A stretch of 33,147 nt of DNA from an uncultured archaeon (GCA_964525235.1 CAZGDN010000006.1:1-33147); one strand, 5' to 3'; shown: positions 7,107 through 15,847, counted from the first letter of the stretch. Notes: generated by a model from the letters alone, not told the origin. Made by a program: numbers and translations.

Positions 7107-9227
7107 GTAAAACGCAACCTGGCCAAAGCTGATTCCACCATCACCGCTCGGAACAAGCTCGTTGACAAAAACATTCCTTTCAACCATAAAAGAAGTCATT
7201 ATGGTGTTGTAAGCACAGCCTCCACTGAACACAATCGGTTTTCTGGAGCGAGAAGCAATCCTGTACAAACCGCGAGCTAAATAATCCTGAACCGTTGCAC
7301 CCAAGCGCTTTTTGTCCCTTTCAAGGTTTTCAACCAGGAACTCGAACAACGGAGTGGTCATCAAAACATTCTTTTTGACAACAGGCTCTAACTCAAAGGG
7401 CTTGGTTGAATTCGCTTCCAGGAGCATTGCTGGCCTGCCATCATAGGTTCTCTTCTCACAGAAGCCAAGCATGAAGGAAGCCGCGTCAAGAATCCTTCCA
7501 CAGCTCGTTGTTACAGGACAGTTAAATTCTTGCTCGAGCTGTTTCTCCATTACTCCAAGCTCTATTTCACTGAAGCCATGCAAGAACTTTTTTGATTCGT
7601 CAAAAGAAAGAAATTTTTGGAGAATGGAGAAAAGCATTTTGCCTGGGCGGATTGCGGCAGAGTCCCCCCCAAGCTGTAACTGTGGCTCGAGGTGGCCAAC
7701 GCGCTTGTTTCCATCAAAGACCTCCCCGCCCCAAAGAGTGCCATCGGCACCATAGCCAAGCCCGTCGCAGACAATTGCTGAGAAATCTTTGAGGTTGTGC
7801 TCTGCTGCAACAGAGTAAGCGTGTGCAAGGTGGTGCTGCACTCTCACAAGCGGAACACCAAGCTTTGTGGCGAGTTCCCTCGCATAGAGTGAAGTGCTGT
7901 ACTGCGGGTGCAAGTCTGCAACGATTGCCTGAGGCTCTGTTTTTGTGAACTTTAGGAATTTGGTAATCGTTTCCTTGTAGCGCTCGAAAGCAGCTTGGTT
8001 TTCTGTGTTTCCAAGGAATTGCGACGGGATTGCTCTCCCGTTTTTGTAGACAGCGAAGGTGCTGTTCATTTCAGCGCCAAGTGCAAGGAGCTGTGTTTTT
8101 TTTGCTCCAGCAATTGGAATAGAGCGCGGAACAAACCCACGGCTTCTTCGCAGGAAAAGCACCCTGCCATTGACAACCTTTAAAACCGAGTCATCCACTG
8201 CATTCTCTATCCTGCGGTTGTGGTCCAGCACAAAAGAAGCAAACTGCTGCCTCGCTGTTGTGGTAATTGGCTCGTTCGGGTAATTGGAGGAAGTCATCAC
8301 AATTGGATCTCTCAAAAACCTGAAGAGAAGAAAGTGCAACGCGGTGTAGGGAAGCATCACTCCAACAGTGTCAAGCTCGGTTGTTCCCTTTAATGGCTTT
8401 TTCTTTTTGAGCAGGACAATCGGTCTTTCAACTGATTCCAGCAGCTCTTTTTCTTTTTCTGTAAATTCCGCGATTTCCCTAACCATTCCCATGTCGCGGC
8501 ACATTACAGCATATGGCTTGTGCTCTCTTCCGGTTATGGCTCGTAGTTTTTTTATGGTGCCTTGCTTTAGGTTGCATGCCAGGTGAAAGCCACCAATTCC
8601 CTTGACTGCAACAACCTCGCCTTTTTTTATGAGTTCAGCGGCTTCTCTTATGAGTTCAATTCCTTCTCCTTTTTCTTTTTTTCCGTTACAGAAAAGGGAG
8701 AGTTTTGGACCGCACTCATGGCAGGCGATTGTCTGGGCGTGGTAGCGCCTGTTCTCTGGGGTGGTGTATTCTGCCCTGCACGCCTGGCACATTTTAAACT
8801 CGTCCATTGTTGTGTTGCACCGGTCGTATGGGCTTTCCTTTGTGATTGAAAACCTTGGCCCGCAGTTCGTGCAGGTAATGAAAAAATAGTTGAAGCGTCT
8901 GTTCTTTGAGTCGTTTAACTCGTGAAGGCAGTCCTCGCACAGGAATAGGTCTGGGGGAATTTCTGCAAAACCATGACCGGAGCTTTCTTTTATTGAAAAG
9001 CCGCTGAATTCGTGCTTTGTTTCTTCAACTTTGAATGAGTCAATTCTTGCAAGCGGCGGCACGTTTTTCAGTATTTCAACAAATTTTTCTTTGTCATCTA
9101 CCTCCACGATTACTCCGTTGCCCACGTTCTGAACATAGCCCTTTAACCCTGCTTTCTTGCAGGCGTTGTAAATGTAGGGCCTGAAGCCAACTCCCTGAAC
9201 AACGCCATAGATTGAAAACTTGTACAT
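7065..9227 (-). CDS. hypF: Carbamoyltransferase HypF
   Basis: It has an acylphosphatase-like N-terminus (VQGVGFRP) and two Zn-finger pairs (CEDC..CTNCGPRFS and CQAC..CHECGPKLS). A YrdC-like segment (KGIGGFHLAC) and a Kae1-like C-terminal domain follow. Its 3' end overlaps hypE by 42 nt in convergent orientation. Confidence 0.9.
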   Translation of the reverse strand: MYKFSIYGVVQGVGFRPYIYNACKKAGLKGYVQNVGNGVIVEVDDKEKFVEILKNVPPLARIDSFKVEETKHEFSGFSIKESSGHGFAEIPPDLFLCEDCLHELNDSKNRRFNYFFITCTNCGPRFSITKESPYDRCNTTMDEFKMCQACRAEYTTPENRRYHAQTIACHECGPKLSLFCNGKKEKGEGIELIREAAELIKKGEVVAVKGIGGFHLACNLKQGTIKKLRAITGREHKPYAVMCRDMGMVREIAEFTEKEKELLESVERPIVLLKKKKPLKGTTELDTVGVMLPYTALHFLLFRFLRDPIVMTSSNYPNEPITTTARQQFASFVLDHNRRIENAVDDSVLKVVNGRVLFLRRSRGFVPRSIPIAGAKKTQLLALGAEMNSTFAVYKNGRAIPSQFLGNTENQAAFERYKETITKFLKFTKTEPQAIVADLHPQYSTSLYARELATKLGVPLVRVQHHLAHAYSVAAEHNLKDFSAIVCDGLGYGADGTLWGGEVFDGNKRVGHLEPQLQLGGDSAAIRPGKMLFSILQKFLSFDESKKFLHGFSEIELGVMEKQLEQEFNCPVTTSCGRILDAASFMLGFCEKRTYDGRPAMLLEANSTKPFELEPVVKKNVLMTTPLFEFLVENLERDKKRLGATVQDYLARGLYRIASRSRKPIVFSGGCAYNTIMTSFMVERNVFVNELVPSGDGGISFGQVAFYLANPGHNLSARAV

Positions 9228-9300
9228 ATTGAACTAACTGGAATGAAAGCATTTTATCTGTTTAGTGAGGGAAGCAGAATGTGCAAATCTGACTGAAATT

Positions 9301-9406
9301 GGCAGCCCTAGTTAGCTTTAGTACGCAAGGAACCAGAACACTTTCCCGGAAGTCAAGGCTGGGCAGTTGAGCCCCAGTTAGCTTTAGTACGCAAGGAACA
9401 GGAAAA
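9301..9406. repeat. Tandem duplication (66-bp period) of the antiporter gene 3' terminus
   Basis: A perfect 24-nt repeat, AGTTAGCTTTAGTACGCAAGGAAC, occurs at 9310..9333 and 9376..9399. Both copies are preceded by GGCAG..CCC. On the minus strand each copy reads FLAY-stop. Confidence 0.85.
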
Positions 9407-10397
9407 CAGCATAGCCTGCAAGCAATACAATGCCCTCTGCCCTGCCAAGCTTTTTTCTTGTGAAAATCATTAATAGAAAGAGGAATGTGAAAAGGCACAT
9501 TGCGCCGGCACTTTTTAGGATTGTCTGCGAGGAAACAGCGAGCGGTCTGGCAAGCGCTGCAAGGCCCAGTACAAGGAGGGAGTTGGATATGTTGCTTCCC
9601 ACGATGTTGCCAACCATCAGGTTTCCCCTGCGCTTTCTTGCAGCAGTGATTGAAACGCTCAGCTCTGGAAGCGAGGTGCCAATTGCTATTACTGTGAGGC
9701 CAATGAACGACTCATTTATGCTCATTTCCCTCGAAAGCCCTGTTGCGCCTTTCACAAGAAGGTCTGCGCTGACCACGATGAAAAGGCACGAGAGCAGTAT
9801 TATGAGGAGCTCTCTTGCCTCAACTGCTCTTTTGATGCCCTTTCCAGTAAGAAAGGACCTCAGCATTCCAGCACCTGTCTCGGTTAACTCTGTAACGTAG
9901 TGCATTTTGATAAAGTATTGGAGGAAGCCTGCAAAGCCATAGCCCTTCATTTTCTTCCTTGTCTTGAAAATGAAAGCAGAGTATGCAACAAAGAGCATTA
10001 CAAGGAGAAAACCCTCAATCGATGAAACCAAGCCGTTTAGTAGGATGGCTGGCAAGAGGAGGCTTGAAACAAGAAGCATTTGGGAGTCACGCTTTACAAC
10101 TCTCCTGCTTATCACAACAGAGCCAAGCATGGCTGAAATGCCAAGCACAAGCGCAATGTTTGAAATGTTGCTCCCGAGCACGTTCGCCACTGCAATGCCC
10201 GGGCTACCCTGCAACGAGGCAGTGACAGAGGAAGCTATCTCTGGGACTGATGTGCCAACTGCAACAACTGTCAGGCCAATGACGAGCTCGCTGACGCCGA
10301 GTATTTTGGCAAGCCTGCCCGCTGACTCAATGAGGTAATCAGATGCTTTGAAGAGAACAACCAGGCCAACTCCAAGAAACAAAAGAGACCAGAGCAT
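9384..10397 (-). CDS. Ca2+/cation antiporter (CaCA family, YrbG/NCX-like)
   Basis: It has two alpha-repeat motifs (GTSVPE and GTSLPE, each followed by G.NISN) and about 10 hydrophobic segments. Confidence 0.8.
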   Translation of the reverse strand: MLWSLLFLGVGLVVLFKASDYLIESAGRLAKILGVSELVIGLTVVAVGTSVPEIASSVTASLQGSPGIAVANVLGSNISNIALVLGISAMLGSVVISRRVVKRDSQMLLVSSLLLPAILLNGLVSSIEGFLLVMLFVAYSAFIFKTRKKMKGYGFAGFLQYFIKMHYVTELTETGAGMLRSFLTGKGIKRAVEARELLIILLSCLFIVVSADLLVKGATGLSREMSINESFIGLTVIAIGTSLPELSVSITAARKRRGNLMVGNIVGSNISNSLLVLGLAALARPLAVSSQTILKSAGAMCLFTFLFLLMIFTRKKLGRAEGIVLLAGYAVFLFLAY

Positions 10398-10508
10398 AAT
10401 TTCATTTGGGGTCTTGGTTTTTTTAGCCTTTTGGTGAGCCAGGGTATTGCGTAATGCTGCCTCCTGTTTCTCTTGACCCGGGGGTTCTTTTTTGTTACCT
10501 TGTTTGCA

Positions 10509-12062
10509 TTATTGCCGGAGGAGCTCTCTTGCCTTGTCGAGCAAGTGCTTGAATTCTTTTTCTCTTGCAGAGTGTTTTGCGAACTCGACGAGCGAACATA
10601 GGTTGAGGCACTCCCTTGCCCCTGCAAGGCTCTTGTTTTCCTTTTTTTTAAGTAGCTTTAGGAGTTCCTGGTTGTTTAACTCGCTTTCAATGCCGTGCTT
10701 TCTGGAAAAATAAAACCTTATTGCCTGCGCAGTTTTCTCACACGCGTCTTTTTCTTTTCCCTCGCGGAAAAGCTCCTCGGCTCTTGAGAGCATGCTTTTT
10801 GCTTCACTCGCGTAGTCAGATGGCTTTTCACTCATGGTTTTGTTGTCTGCGCGGAGTTGCCCGGGTTTTTTTCTTGCATATTTTTTGTAGAAGAGCCACA
10901 TTGTGCCGGCGAGCAAGAGGCACAAGAGCAATAACAAAAGCACGTCCAGCCAAAGCCCAACATTGCCTTCGCTTCCCTGCCCTGAAAGGGAAACGTTTTT
11001 TATTTCCCCGTCAATGTAGTCCGCGGTTATCTTCCTATTTTTTCCCTCCGGGTCTTGGTAGGGCACCTCTATCCTTGAATAGTTTTTTGAAACCTGGTTT
11101 ACTGTGGCTTTTCCCTGGGTGAAGCCATGGCTCGTGAGATAATTGTCGTATTTCTGGAACTGCTTGTTTTCCCTCAGCGCGCGGAGGATTTTCTCGATGC
11201 TCTCCGGTGTCTGGGTTGTTAGTTCTTTCACCTGGTTTTTGTCCATTTCACCCCTTATGCTGGCTTCTTTTCCCACGCTATTGCGGTAGGTGACATTAAA
11301 ACTGCCGGTGTCAGGCGTTGTCGCATTGATCTTGTAGTCAACTGGCTTGTAGCCCTTGCTGGTCAGCTTTTTTTGCTCTTGCTGGAAGCGCTTGTTTTTT
11401 TCAAGGTTTTTCTTGAACTCGTTGTTCAGCTGGTTTTGCTGCTGGGCTTGTTTTTCAATTTCTTTTTTTATCTCGCTGGTGTTCTGGTTCATTTGGTTGT
11501 TTTGCACGCGGTTTTGCACTGGCTGGTTTTGCTGGAAAGGATTTGACTGAAATGGGTTTATTCCTGTCTGAATTGTGGTTGTGCTACTGGAGGAGTAGGA
11601 GGTGGAGCTGATGTTAATGCCGTTGCACTGGTAGACTGTTGTAATGCCCTGCTGTTGTCCCTGCCGCTGTCGCCCGTGCACTGAAACAAAGAGAGTGTTT
11701 GATTCAACTGTTTCCTCCTTGCCGGTTTGAGGGTTGGTGTAGGTTATTTTCGCTGCTCCCACGTTGAAGTCCCCTGGCGTGAAGGGAACAATTGGCCCGT
11801 ATTCAAAAACAGAGCTTTTCGGCGGGATTGTTCTTTCAAGGCACTGAATGTCGTAGCCGTTTCCCCCGAGAACGCTCTTGTCCACAATCTTAAGTGCAAT
11901 ATTTGTGTCAAACGGGTTTTGAAAGCTGAGAGCAAAGTTTACTTCGTTTCCCACGTTAATGTCTGTGCTCTCGGTGTATTTTTTCACAGATATTTGCTGC
12001 AAAGCAAAAACTTGCAAAGACAGCAATGCCAAAGCAGTTAAAACCAGCACACATCTTTTCAT
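10509..12062 (-). CDS. Hypothetical type I membrane protein, fourth gene of the MoxR operon (BatD-position)
   Basis: The order is a signal peptide (MKRCVLVLTALALLSLQVFA), a beta-rich ectodomain, then a roughly 100-aa Q/N/S/T-rich low-complexity segment. A second ectodomain, a TM helix (LWLDVLLLLLLCLLLAGTMWLFY) and a roughly 125-aa helical cytoplasmic tail follow. A GGTGA SD lies 6 nt before the ATG, which is 10 nt after the VWA gene stop. Confidence 0.7.
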   Translation of the reverse strand: MKRCVLVLTALALLSLQVFALQQISVKKYTESTDINVGNEVNFALSFQNPFDTNIALKIVDKSVLGGNGYDIQCLERTIPPKSSVFEYGPIVPFTPGDFNVGAAKITYTNPQTGKEETVESNTLFVSVHGRQRQGQQQGITTVYQCNGINISSTSYSSSSTTTIQTGINPFQSNPFQQNQPVQNRVQNNQMNQNTSEIKKEIEKQAQQQNQLNNEFKKNLEKNKRFQQEQKKLTSKGYKPVDYKINATTPDTGSFNVTYRNSVGKEASIRGEMDKNQVKELTTQTPESIEKILRALRENKQFQKYDNYLTSHGFTQGKATVNQVSKNYSRIEVPYQDPEGKNRKITADYIDGEIKNVSLSGQGSEGNVGLWLDVLLLLLLCLLLAGTMWLFYKKYARKKPGQLRADNKTMSEKPSDYASEAKSMLSRAEELFREGKEKDACEKTAQAIRFYFSRKHGIESELNNQELLKLLKKKENKSLAGARECLNLCSLVEFAKHSAREKEFKHLLDKARELLRQ

Positions 12063-12072
12063 TTTTTATCAC

Positions 12073-13023
12073 CTACACTACAATCCTGTACTTCCCATAA
12101 ATCAAGTAAATGTTAAAGAGGAGTAATGCAAGGGCCGCTGCAAAGAACCAGTCCTTTACACTGGTCTGCTCCCACTCCCTTTTAATGTTCTGGCCAATTC
12201 TGCTGTATATTTCATTCAGCGTGTTGTTGTTTACCGAGCGGTAGTATTCGCCGCCTGTTTCACTGGCTATCCTTTTGAGGGTTTTTTCGTCAAGTTCAGC
12301 GTACTGGGGCCTGCCAAAGAAGTCATACCCCAACAGCACCGGTTTCTTGGAGCCAAGCCCAATCGTGTAAACCTGGATGCTGTTTGTTTTGGCAAACTTT
12401 ATTGCCTCGCCTGGGCTGACAACGCCTGCATTGTTAACGCCGTCGCTTAACAGTATCACGACCTTTCTCTTGTTTGGAATGGATGCAGCCATGTCAATTG
12501 CAAGAGCAAGGCCATCACCGATTGCTGTCTGACCGTCCTTTTGCTGGATTGCCCTGAGTTTTTCAAGGGCTTTTTCTTTAAAGGGAGTGAGGTATGCGGC
12601 TGTGGTTGCCCCTGACTCAAACACGACAATGCCAACGTTGTCCTTTGGCTTCAGGCTCTTTATCAGTGTAGCAGCAGCGTTTTTTGCCGCTTCGAGCCTT
12701 GTTGGCTTGTAGTCTGTTGCAGCCATGCTCCCGGAGTCATCAATTGCAAGCACAACATTCACGCCCTGTTTCTGGGTTTTAAGTGGAACAGTCGGTCCAG
12801 CCAGCCCCAGCACCATCAGAGCAACAACTGTCGAGAGCAAAACAAATGGCAAGTGTGTCCTTATCCTTATTTTTTTAGCTGAAGCTTTTACTATTCCAAG
12901 GGAGCTGAACTTGAGCGCTGCCCTTTTCTTCTTGCGCTGGTGGAAAAAGTACAGTGCAATGAGAACTGGGATGACGCCAAGGAACAACAGCGCTGAGGGC
13001 TCTGTGAATTCTAGTGCACCCAC
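12073..13023 (-). CDS. von Willebrand factor A domain membrane protein (BatA-like)
   Basis: It has two N-terminal TM helices, then a VWA domain with the MIDAS motif DxSxS (DDSGSM), and a C-terminal TM helix. The GTG start at 13023 overlaps the DUF58 gene end by 13 nt. Confidence 0.8.
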   Translation of the reverse strand: MGALEFTEPSALLFLGVIPVLIALYFFHQRKKKRAALKFSSLGIVKASAKKIRIRTHLPFVLLSTVVALMVLGLAGPTVPLKTQKQGVNVVLAIDDSGSMAATDYKPTRLEAAKNAAATLIKSLKPKDNVGIVVFESGATTAAYLTPFKEKALEKLRAIQQKDGQTAIGDGLALAIDMAASIPNKRKVVILLSDGVNNAGVVSPGEAIKFAKTNSIQVYTIGLGSKKPVLLGYDFFGRPQYAELDEKTLKRIASETGGEYYRSVNNNTLNEIYSRIGQNIKREWEQTSVKDWFFAAALALLLFNIYLIYGKYRIVV

Positions 13024-13904
13024 GTGAACCGCCTCCTGCTCCTCAGTGCAAAGAATTTTCTCAGGGGAACATCGAATGGCTCGCCAGCCTGCACTCTCAC
13101 CCTGTCAACGCCAATCCTTTTCAGTTTTCCAGAGAGTTCTTTCTCCATTGCCTGCCTTTTTTCCCTGTAAGCCTGCCTGAACCCGGGGTCAGATGTGTTC
13201 ACAAGCAATTGCTCTCCTGTTTCCTCGTCTTCCAGCAGCACGTAGCCCGCACTTGGCAGTTCTTCTTCCACGGCGTCACTTACTTCAACAACAATCGGGT
13301 CATGCCTTTCTTTGAGGTGCTCTAATGGTCTTTCAAAGTCTGGTGAAATGCAGTCGGAGAGGATGAAGAGAATTGCGTGCTTTTTCACTATATTGTTTAG
13401 TTGGGCTAACGAGTTTGCGATATCTGTTTTCCTGCTCTCTGGCTCGTAGTAAACCAGCTCTCTTAAGAGCCTGAGAACATGCTTTCTTCCCTTCCTTGGC
13501 CTTATGAAGCGCTCGATTCGGTCGGTGAAAATGCACAATCCAACGTTGTCGTTGTTTTTCAAGGCAGCGAACATTATCGAGGCAGCTATTTCCAGGCTTG
13601 TTTCCTTCTTGCTCTTCTTGCTCCCAAAATTGCTGCTTGCAGAGGCATCGAAAACAATGAAAACGTTGAGGTCGCGTTCTTCGATGAATTCTTTTACAAA
13701 GGGGGCATTGAACCTCGCGGTAACATTCCAGTCAATCGCACGAATGTCATCTCCTGGCACGTACTCTCTTACCTCTGAGAACTCAATGCCCCTTCCGCGA
13801 AAAACCGAGCGATAACTCCCAGAGATTATTCCCTCAACAGGCCTGTTTGTTGTAATCTCTAACTTTTTGACTCTCTTAAGGATTTCCCTGACTCTCGGCA
13901 TCAT
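13011..13904 (-). CDS. DUF58 family protein (MoxR-associated)
   Basis: It has the signature YVPGDDIRAIDWNVTARF..FVKEF. The ATG lies 5 nt after a GGAGG SD and 9 nt after the MoxR stop. Confidence 0.8.
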   Translation of the reverse strand: MMPRVREILKRVKKLEITTNRPVEGIISGSYRSVFRGRGIEFSEVREYVPGDDIRAIDWNVTARFNAPFVKEFIEERDLNVFIVFDASASSNFGSKKSKKETSLEIAASIMFAALKNNDNVGLCIFTDRIERFIRPRKGRKHVLRLLRELVYYEPESRKTDIANSLAQLNNIVKKHAILFILSDCISPDFERPLEHLKERHDPIVVEVSDAVEEELPSAGYVLLEDEETGEQLLVNTSDPGFRQAYREKRQAMEKELSGKLKRIGVDRVRVQAGEPFDVPLRKFFALRSRRRFTWVH

Positions 13905-13913
13905 TGGTGCCTC

Positions 13914-14906
13914 CTATGGAGCCCTTATCCTGGAGAGAACTTGTTCAACAATTTGGTCGCTTGAAATGCCCTCGGCTTCCGCTTCATATGTTAACAGAAT
14001 ACGGTGCCTTAAAACGCCAACTGCAACAGCCTTTATGTCCTCGGGAACAACATAGCCCCTGCCTTGCAGCAAAGCATTTGCCTTGCCAGCCAAAACCAGC
14101 CAGATTGAAGCCCTTGGCGAGGCACCATACTCTATCAAACCATTCAGGTCAAGACCATAATCGCCTGGGTGCCTTGTGGCATCAACTATCTCTGCAACAT
14201 AGCTTTCAATCTTTTCATCTGCGTAAATGGAACGGTTAAAGCGCTGGATTTCCACTATGTCACTGGCCTTCATCACCTGCTTCGGCCCGGGAATTGCCCC
14301 TGTCGTGTTCCTGCGAATTATCATTTTTTCCTCTTCTTTGCTCGGATAATCAATCAGGAGCTTGAAGGCAAACCTGTCAACCTGGGCTTCCGGCAGCCTG
14401 TAAGTGCCCTCTGACTCAATAGGGTTCTGTGTAGCGAGCACAAGAAAGGGCCTCTTTAATGGAAATGTGTCGCCATGAATTGTGACCTGGCGCTCCTGCA
14501 TTGCCTCAAGGAGAGCGGACTGCACTTTGGGGGGTGCTCGGTTTATCTCGTCTGCAAGGATGAGGTTGTGAAAAATCGGGCCCTTCTCTGTTGAAAAGGT
14601 TGCCTTTCTCTGGTTGTAGATCTTTGTCCCAATGATGTCAGCTGGAAGCAGGTCTGGCGTGAACTGAATCCTGCAAAAACTTGCATTCAGTGCACCTGAA
14701 AGGGTTTTTACCATGAGTGTTTTAGCCAGGCCAGGAACCCCCTCCAGGAGCACATGGCCGTCTGCCACGAGAGCAATTAAGAGCTTTTCAAGCGTGTTCT
14801 CCTGTCCAACGATTACCTTTCTTGACTCGTTCAAAACGCGTTCCAGTTTCCTGGAGTAGTTCAGGGCACGGGCGTTCAACTCCCTTATTTTCACATCACC
14901 AGCCAT
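13914..14906 (-). CDS. MoxR-family AAA+ ATPase
   Basis: It has Walker A (GVPGLAKT), Walker B (LLADEINR) and QNPIE..GTY.LPEAQ.DRF motifs typical of the MoxR/MRP subfamily. Confidence 0.9.
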   Translation of the reverse strand: MAGDVKIRELNARALNYSRKLERVLNESRKVIVGQENTLEKLLIALVADGHVLLEGVPGLAKTLMVKTLSGALNASFCRIQFTPDLLPADIIGTKIYNQRKATFSTEKGPIFHNLILADEINRAPPKVQSALLEAMQERQVTIHGDTFPLKRPFLVLATQNPIESEGTYRLPEAQVDRFAFKLLIDYPSKEEEKMIIRRNTTGAIPGPKQVMKASDIVEIQRFNRSIYADEKIESYVAEIVDATRHPGDYGLDLNGLIEYGASPRASIWLVLAGKANALLQGRGYVVPEDIKAVAVGVLRHRILLTYEAEAEGISSDQIVEQVLSRIRAP

Positions 14907-14982
14907 TCATAACACCAAAAAAATTTACACAAAAAAATCCCCCAAAAAATTTTTTACACTTTTCGCAAAAAAAGTCTTCACT

Positions 14983-15654
14983 CTAAAAATACAGAAAATA
15001 GTGCGTCTTTCCCTTCTTGCAGCCAAGCGCTCTCGCAGTTGCAGCAATCAATGGAAACGAGCCTTTCCTTGGCTGGACTCTCGCGCCCTGTGGAGCTTTT
15101 AGGTATGGCTGCTTGCTCATCCTTGGGATTGCAATGCCCTTAAAGCCGTTCTTCTTGGCCAATTCAACCAACTGCTTTGCCAGGAACACCGGCCAAGGCA
15201 TTCCAACAGCTTCGGAAAAAAAATCGAGCTCTTGCTTTCTTCCCTTTATGCCCTGAATAAAAATTTCAAGCACTGGCTCTCCCTCTCCAGCGGTTGCAAG
15301 AGCTCTGACTTTAATTCGCCCCACAGGAGAGTATTTCTCTGAGTAATGTGTTTCAGGGCTAAAGCTTGGCACTCCAACAGCAAGGTCTTCTCCTTTTCTA
15401 ACTTGAAAAATTCCAAATGACACATGCGACTCGTGCTGGTCAAACGCTAGGTCAACCAAAAAATGCGTTCCACACCCTGCGGTTATTTTTATTGGCTTAA
15501 AACCGCGAAAAAGCCGGGAGTAAAAAGTATTCCTGCCCTTGTCCAAGAGCCAGTCCCTCAAAGTCGGAAGGCTGCGGTTTGGCTCCCTCTTTCCCTTTCG
15601 GGATAACCTTTTCTTCAGTGGCCCTGAACCAGCAAAATGCCTGCCCACAACCAA
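14983..15654 (-). CDS. Hypothetical protein with no recognised family and an uncertain start
   Basis: It is a 223-aa ORF with ordinary amino-acid composition and a basic N-terminus. There is no ATG near the 5' end, leaving TTG 15654 or GTG 15648 as candidates. A TTAAATA TATA-like box about 16 to 22 nt upstream on the minus strand suggests a leaderless transcript. T-runs separate it from moxR. Confidence 0.5.
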   Translation of the reverse strand: MVVGRHFAGSGPLKKRLSRKGKREPNRSLPTLRDWLLDKGRNTFYSRLFRGFKPIKITAGCGTHFLVDLAFDQHESHVSFGIFQVRKGEDLAVGVPSFSPETHYSEKYSPVGRIKVRALATAGEGEPVLEIFIQGIKGRKQELDFFSEAVGMPWPVFLAKQLVELAKKNGFKGIAIPRMSKQPYLKAPQGARVQPRKGSFPLIAATARALGCKKGKTHYFLYF

Positions 15655-15774
15655 AATATGGAAAAAGAACTATTTAATCCTTTCAGGTTCAGCGCTTAGC
15701 ACGAATTTTGGTTTACCTTTTTGTTTTCGTATTTTTTAGGCAATGCTGGTGGTTGAATTCCAAAAAACCACTTA

Positions 15775-15847
15775 CGTCCAGGGCAGGACTTGAACCTGCG
15801 ACCTGCTGGTTAACAGCCAGCTGCTCTACCAACTGAGCTACCTGGAC
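15775..15847 (-). tRNA. tRNA-Asn (anticodon GTT)
   Basis: The reverse complement folds as a 73-nt cloverleaf: GTCCAGG TA GCTC AGTTGGTA GAGC A GCTGG CTGTTAA CCAGC AGGTC GCAGG TTCAAGT CCTGC CCTGGAC G. All stems are perfect, there is no encoded CCA, and a T6 run follows the 3' end. Confidence 0.9.

Noticed and set aside
9310-9399. Possible mini-CRISPR array (24-nt repeat, 42-nt spacer)
   Set aside because: There are only two copies, one of which is the coding 3' end of the antiporter gene. There are no cas genes and no leader-like arrangement.
9262-9498. 78-aa minus-strand ORF with an internal VPCVLKLT repeat
   Set aside because: It is an off-frame reading across the 66-bp tandem duplication and the antiporter 3' end. 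The peptide repeat only mirrors the DNA repeat.
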